A stretch of DNA of 64,000 bases from an uncultured Acidobacteriota bacterium (GTDB taxonomy: Bacteria; Acidobacteriota; Terriglobia; UBA7540), in the NCBI GenBank assembly GCA_963804995.1, contig CAWDSK010000005.1, forward strand, positions 1 to 64,000. The letters are read 5' to 3'. Within the stretch, counting starts at the first letter, position 1. Every line of letters begins with the position of its first letter. Shown in pieces: positions 60,366-64,000 of this stretch. The notes beneath the pieces are model-generated. The model had not been told where the DNA came from. It worked only from the letters and a program-made list of their open reading frames with translations, and ran no database searches. The translations under genes and the position numbers were made by a program.

Positions 60366-60436
60366 AGAAACAGGAAGCATAGATAAATACGCGCGGCGGC
60401 CGTCCGCGGTTTAAGGGTTCGACGGGGCCGGCGGGC

Positions 60437-63400
60437 GTGGGAGCGGATGGAATGATGGCCCGGATAGTGGTTCTCAGCCTTTTGATCATGAGCGTACAGG
60501 GTCTCTGCCCTTCGGTGAGCCGGGCGCAGGGGGAAACCACCAGCGCCATTGTCGGCCAAGTGACTGACGCTACCAACTCGTTCATTCCCGCTGCCACGGT
60601 GACGGTTACCAATCTCGAGACTGGTTTCGAGCGGCGCGCCCAGACGGACGGTGACGGCCGATTCAACTTTCCCCAACTCAAGCCCGGCTCCTACTCCGTC
60701 AAAGTTGAGGCGAAGGGGTTCGAACCCCAGCAAGTTGGCCCGGTGCTGGCGGGTTTGGGCCAGAAGCAGACCGTCACCTGTGTTCTTCAAGTGGCGCGGG
60801 CGCAACTGACGGTGGAAGTAAGCGCGGCCGCGGCCCTGATCAACCCGGAAAACGCCAATACCTCGACAACACTCAATGCCCCGGCGCTCGAAGACCTCCC
60901 CAATCCGGGTGGGGATTTGACCTACCCTTTGCAGTTTGCCACCGGCGCCCTGATCAACACGGCGGGCAGCGGCAATGATTTCGTGGGAGGGACGAACGGG
61001 TACGGCAACGTGGAATTCAACGGGCTGCCGGCGCTATCCAACGGTTACATCGTGGACGGCCTCGAAACCAACGATCCGCTCACCAACCTCAACAGCGGTC
61101 TTTCCACAAACCTGGTTCTGGGGCTCAATTCCATTTCGGAGGTTACGGTCAATACGCTTTCCTACGCCGTTGACGAAGGGCGCTATGGAGCGGCCCAGGT
61201 CAACTACGTGACCAAATCCGGCACCAACCACTTCCACGGTAATCTCTATGAGCTGTGGAATGGTTCCAAGCTCAACGCCGCCGATTTTTTCACCAACGCC
61301 ACGCCCGGAAATCACAAGCCCCGCTCGACGGTAAACCACTTCGGGGGCAGCCTGGGTGGGCCGATCGTGCGCGACAAGCTCTTTTTCTTCTTCGACAGCG
61401 AATGGGTTCGGATCGCGCTGCCCATCGTCACGCCCACGACCGTCCCCACGCAGGCCTTCCAACAATACGTTTTGCAACAACTCCCGCTGGGTGGCACTGA
61501 TGCCGTAACCGGATCAAGTTACCCGGGCGCTCCGCAACTGGTACCGTTTTATCAAAAGATGTTTTCCCTGTATGGAAATACCCGGGGCACGCCGCTCGCC
61601 GTCCTGGGATGTCCGTTTAATGCCGATGGCAGCCAGGCGCCGGGGAGTCCGGCGAACGGAAATGGTTGCGCCAACCGGCAAAGTGTTTCGCACTCCAGCG
61701 ACGACCACGAGCAGGTGCAGACGGTGCGCATCGACTACAACCGCAGCGAGCGGAATACGGCGTGGTTCCGTTTTCAGGCGGACACGGGTGTGCAAGCTGC
61801 CTACACCGACCCCATCAATCCCTTGTTTGACGCGTTCTCGCCCCAGCCGCTCTATTCCTTTGCCGCCGGGCATACCCACGTCTTTTCCCAGAATTTGGTG
61901 AACTACTTCAATCCCGCGTTTTCCTGGTACGGGAGTTTGTTCGCGCCCAGCGATTACGCAAAGACACTGGCGGCCTTTCCCATTGTCCTCCAAGGGATGG
62001 GCGCCAATGCCCCTTTCACCACGCTGGGAGGGCTTGACAATACCTGGCTCCAAGGCCGGCGCGCCTCCCGCTTCTTTATTAATGACAATCTCGCCTGGAG
62101 TCATGGGGCGCACGAATTCAGGTTCGGCACCAATACCCGGATTTTTCGCATGAATGATTACGATTTCGGCCAAGGTACGGTGCCTACGGTTGCTTACACC
62201 ACGCTGCCGCAATTCATCTACGGGGTGGCGTCCACCGCTACGGAAACTTTTCCCCTCGCGGCGAACCAGCCCTTCAACTTTCTTAACCTCGATTTGTATG
62301 CACAGGATACGTGGAAGGTGACTTCCCATTTCACCTGGACGTTCGGCATTCGCGACACGCTGAATACCAATCCCCTGAACCCGCATCGGAATATTGCGCG
62401 CCTGCGCGGATCGTTCCCAGCCATTCCCCATGATGTCAATCAACCCCTCGACGCCGCGATCGAAACTCATCTCGATCACCTGTTCGTTTCCACGCCGCTG
62501 GCAGTTCTGCAACCGCGCACCGCCATCGCGTGGCAGTTTGCACCGCATTCCGTGCTGCGCAGCGGTTTCGGGGTCTTCAGCGATATTTTGCCGGGCAGCG
62601 TGGCCGACAGCCTGGGCATGAATCCGCCCTATGTGCGGACCTTCCAGGGAGGATTGCTCGGAACCGTGGGCGGGAGGGGCATTGGGCCAGGTGTGCCGGG
62701 AAGCGCGGTTGACGCGACCGTGGCCGCAAACCAGTCCTTCAACTCTGGATTCGCGGGCGGCGAGCTTTCCTGCGCGTCTCCGCAGGCCAATCCTGGGACG
62801 TGCCTGGAGCCTGTGGCGATCAGCGCCGCCCCCGACGGCGAACTGCGCGCCCCGTACTTCCTGGAGTGGAGCTTCGGGATCGAGCACCAGTTGGGAAGCA
62901 CCGCCAGCCTGCACGCCCAATACGTGGGCACGCGCGCCATAAACCAGCCTTACTTCACGCAAGTGAACGGATATCAAACCGTCTGCCCGGGATGCTTCGC
63001 GCCCTTTCCCTACTTGCAACCTCAAGATCCGAGGTTCGGAGCGGTGACGCAGCTTTCTACGGGCGCGAACAGTCACTATCACGGACTACAACTGACCGGA
63101 ATGAAGCGCCTGGGACACGGCTTGCAGGGGCAAGTCAACTACACGCTCAGCCGCTGCGTGGACGAAGTTTCGAACGGCGGATTCCTGCAATTTTCCGCGG
63201 GTGGAATCCTCTCCCCCCTGCCGGGAGAGCTGGCGCGTGACCGTGGTCCTTGCGATTACGACATCCGGCACAACCTCAACGCACAGTACGTCTATAAACT
63301 GCCGATTAAAGTGAGAAGCCACCGCCTGGGCTATGCATTGAACGGCTGGCAGGTGTCGGGCACGGCGTTTTGGCATAGCGGGATTCCCTTTTCCGTCGTG

Positions 63401-63928
63401 AGCACGCCTTACTCGGCGAACGGAAACGGCATCGTGCAGGGCAGTGGACCACAATTCGCAAGTGTCGTCCCCGGTGCGCCCAGGTATGCGCGGAACCCCG
63501 TTGCGGGCGTGACGCAGCCGGGCACGATTCAGTGGCTAAACCCCAATGCGTTCGAGTCAAGCGTTGACCCGAGCACGGGGGCGTGCACGGGCGGTGACAG
63601 TTCTGCGGATTGCCAGTTTGGGACGCTGGGCCGCAATGCGTTGCGCGGTCCGGGGTTCGTCTGGAGTGATTTCTACCTCACGAAGTGGGTGCCCTTGACT
63701 GAGCACGTCAAGCTGCGCCTTGAAGGTCAATTCTTCAATGTGTTCAACCATCCGAATTTTGGACTTCCCAGCATTGTGCTGGGCGGCATTCCCGGAAAGC
63801 CATCCACCCAAACTGGATTTGGAGCGCTCACCTACACCACCTCACCACCCACGGGCTTGCTGGGGGTCGGATTGGGCGGCGACAACTCGCCTCGCATGAT
63901 TGCATTCCAGGCTCGCTTGGAGTTTTGA
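60437..63928 (+). CDS. Oar-like TonB-dependent receptor with an N-terminal carboxypeptidase-regulatory-like domain (start uncertain, perhaps ~60452)
   Basis: GQVTDAT...GRFNF, TKSGTNHFHG, LYAQDTWKV, FFNVFNHPNF, and C-terminal RLEF. Confidence 0.92.
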   Translation: MGADGMMARIVVLSLLIMSVQGLCPSVSRAQGETTSAIVGQVTDATNSFIPAATVTVTNLETGFERRAQTDGDGRFNFPQLKPGSYSVKVEAKGFEPQQVGPVLAGLGQKQTVTCVLQVARAQLTVEVSAAAALINPENANTSTTLNAPALEDLPNPGGDLTYPLQFATGALINTAGSGNDFVGGTNGYGNVEFNGLPALSNGYIVDGLETNDPLTNLNSGLSTNLVLGLNSISEVTVNTLSYAVDEGRYGAAQVNYVTKSGTNHFHGNLYELWNGSKLNAADFFTNATPGNHKPRSTVNHFGGSLGGPIVRDKLFFFFDSEWVRIALPIVTPTTVPTQAFQQYVLQQLPLGGTDAVTGSSYPGAPQLVPFYQKMFSLYGNTRGTPLAVLGCPFNADGSQAPGSPANGNGCANRQSVSHSSDDHEQVQTVRIDYNRSERNTAWFRFQADTGVQAAYTDPINPLFDAFSPQPLYSFAAGHTHVFSQNLVNYFNPAFSWYGSLFAPSDYAKTLAAFPIVLQGMGANAPFTTLGGLDNTWLQGRRASRFFINDNLAWSHGAHEFRFGTNTRIFRMNDYDFGQGTVPTVAYTTLPQFIYGVASTATETFPLAANQPFNFLNLDLYAQDTWKVTSHFTWTFGIRDTLNTNPLNPHRNIARLRGSFPAIPHDVNQPLDAAIETHLDHLFVSTPLAVLQPRTAIAWQFAPHSVLRSGFGVFSDILPGSVADSLGMNPPYVRTFQGGLLGTVGGRGIGPGVPGSAVDATVAANQSFNSGFAGGELSCASPQANPGTCLEPVAISAAPDGELRAPYFLEWSFGIEHQLGSTASLHAQYVGTRAINQPYFTQVNGYQTVCPGCFAPFPYLQPQDPRFGAVTQLSTGANSHYHGLQLTGMKRLGHGLQGQVNYTLSRCVDEVSNGGFLQFSAGGILSPLPGELARDRGPCDYDIRHNLNAQYVYKLPIKVRSHRLGYALNGWQVSGTAFWHSGIPFSVVSTPYSANGNGIVQGSGPQFASVVPGAPRYARNPVAGVTQPGTIQWLNPNAFESSVDPSTGACTGGDSSADCQFGTLGRNALRGPGFVWSDFYLTKWVPLTEHVKLRLEGQFFNVFNHPNFGLPSIVLGGIPGKPSTQTGFGALTYTTSPPTGLLGVGLGGDNSPRMIAFQARLEF

Positions 63929-64000
63929 GGGGCGCTCCAGAGTCGTGTTGCAGTTTAGAAGGGCGATTTCATCCACAGACCACCCCGTCGCCCGGGGCGC

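Noticed and set aside
1..64000. tRNA or rRNA genes
   Set aside because: No convincing T-loop/cloverleaf or rRNA signatures were seen by eye; not excluded without tRNAscan or Infernal.

Overview
Mostly GC-rich bacterial chromosome. The gene content (ADOP-type duplicated ABC permeases, an Oar-like TonB-dependent receptor, BlaI/M56-TonB, and repeat-dense intergenic spaces) suggests Acidobacteriota/Terriglobia, which is an inference. The first ~3.57 kb looks different: an FN3 secreted protein, a radical SAM/SPASM enzyme with a YG-motif partner, YbgC, and a 5'-truncated sigma-54 activator, with many indels. It may be a chimeric join. Next come a small defence-like island (DUF3037, MTase-Mrr fusion, DUF2513, ApeA-HEPN), a flagellar/chemotaxis operon (HDOD-cheY-cheX; flgFGAHIJMNKL) with clear sigma-28 promoters, a cytochrome c peroxidase, decayed toxin-antitoxin fragments, an MFP/ADOP/ABC efflux operon, housekeeping genes (murJ, PfkB, tartrate dehydrogenase-like), BlaI/BlaR-TonB, an unannotated Flp pilin, and a DtxR regulator divergent from a TonB-dependent receptor. 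The best lead is a complete group II intron (56440-58352) inserted precisely inside a GTAG-footed REP hairpin, 48 bp upstream of a REP-associated tyrosine transposase (RAYT). Its predicted EBS1 loop is complementary to the REP, suggesting a retroelement specialised on RAYT-associated REP targets. Also notable are a dispersed ~148-bp modular repeat family, nested MITE-like elements, and a degenerate inverted copy of a two-gene junction.
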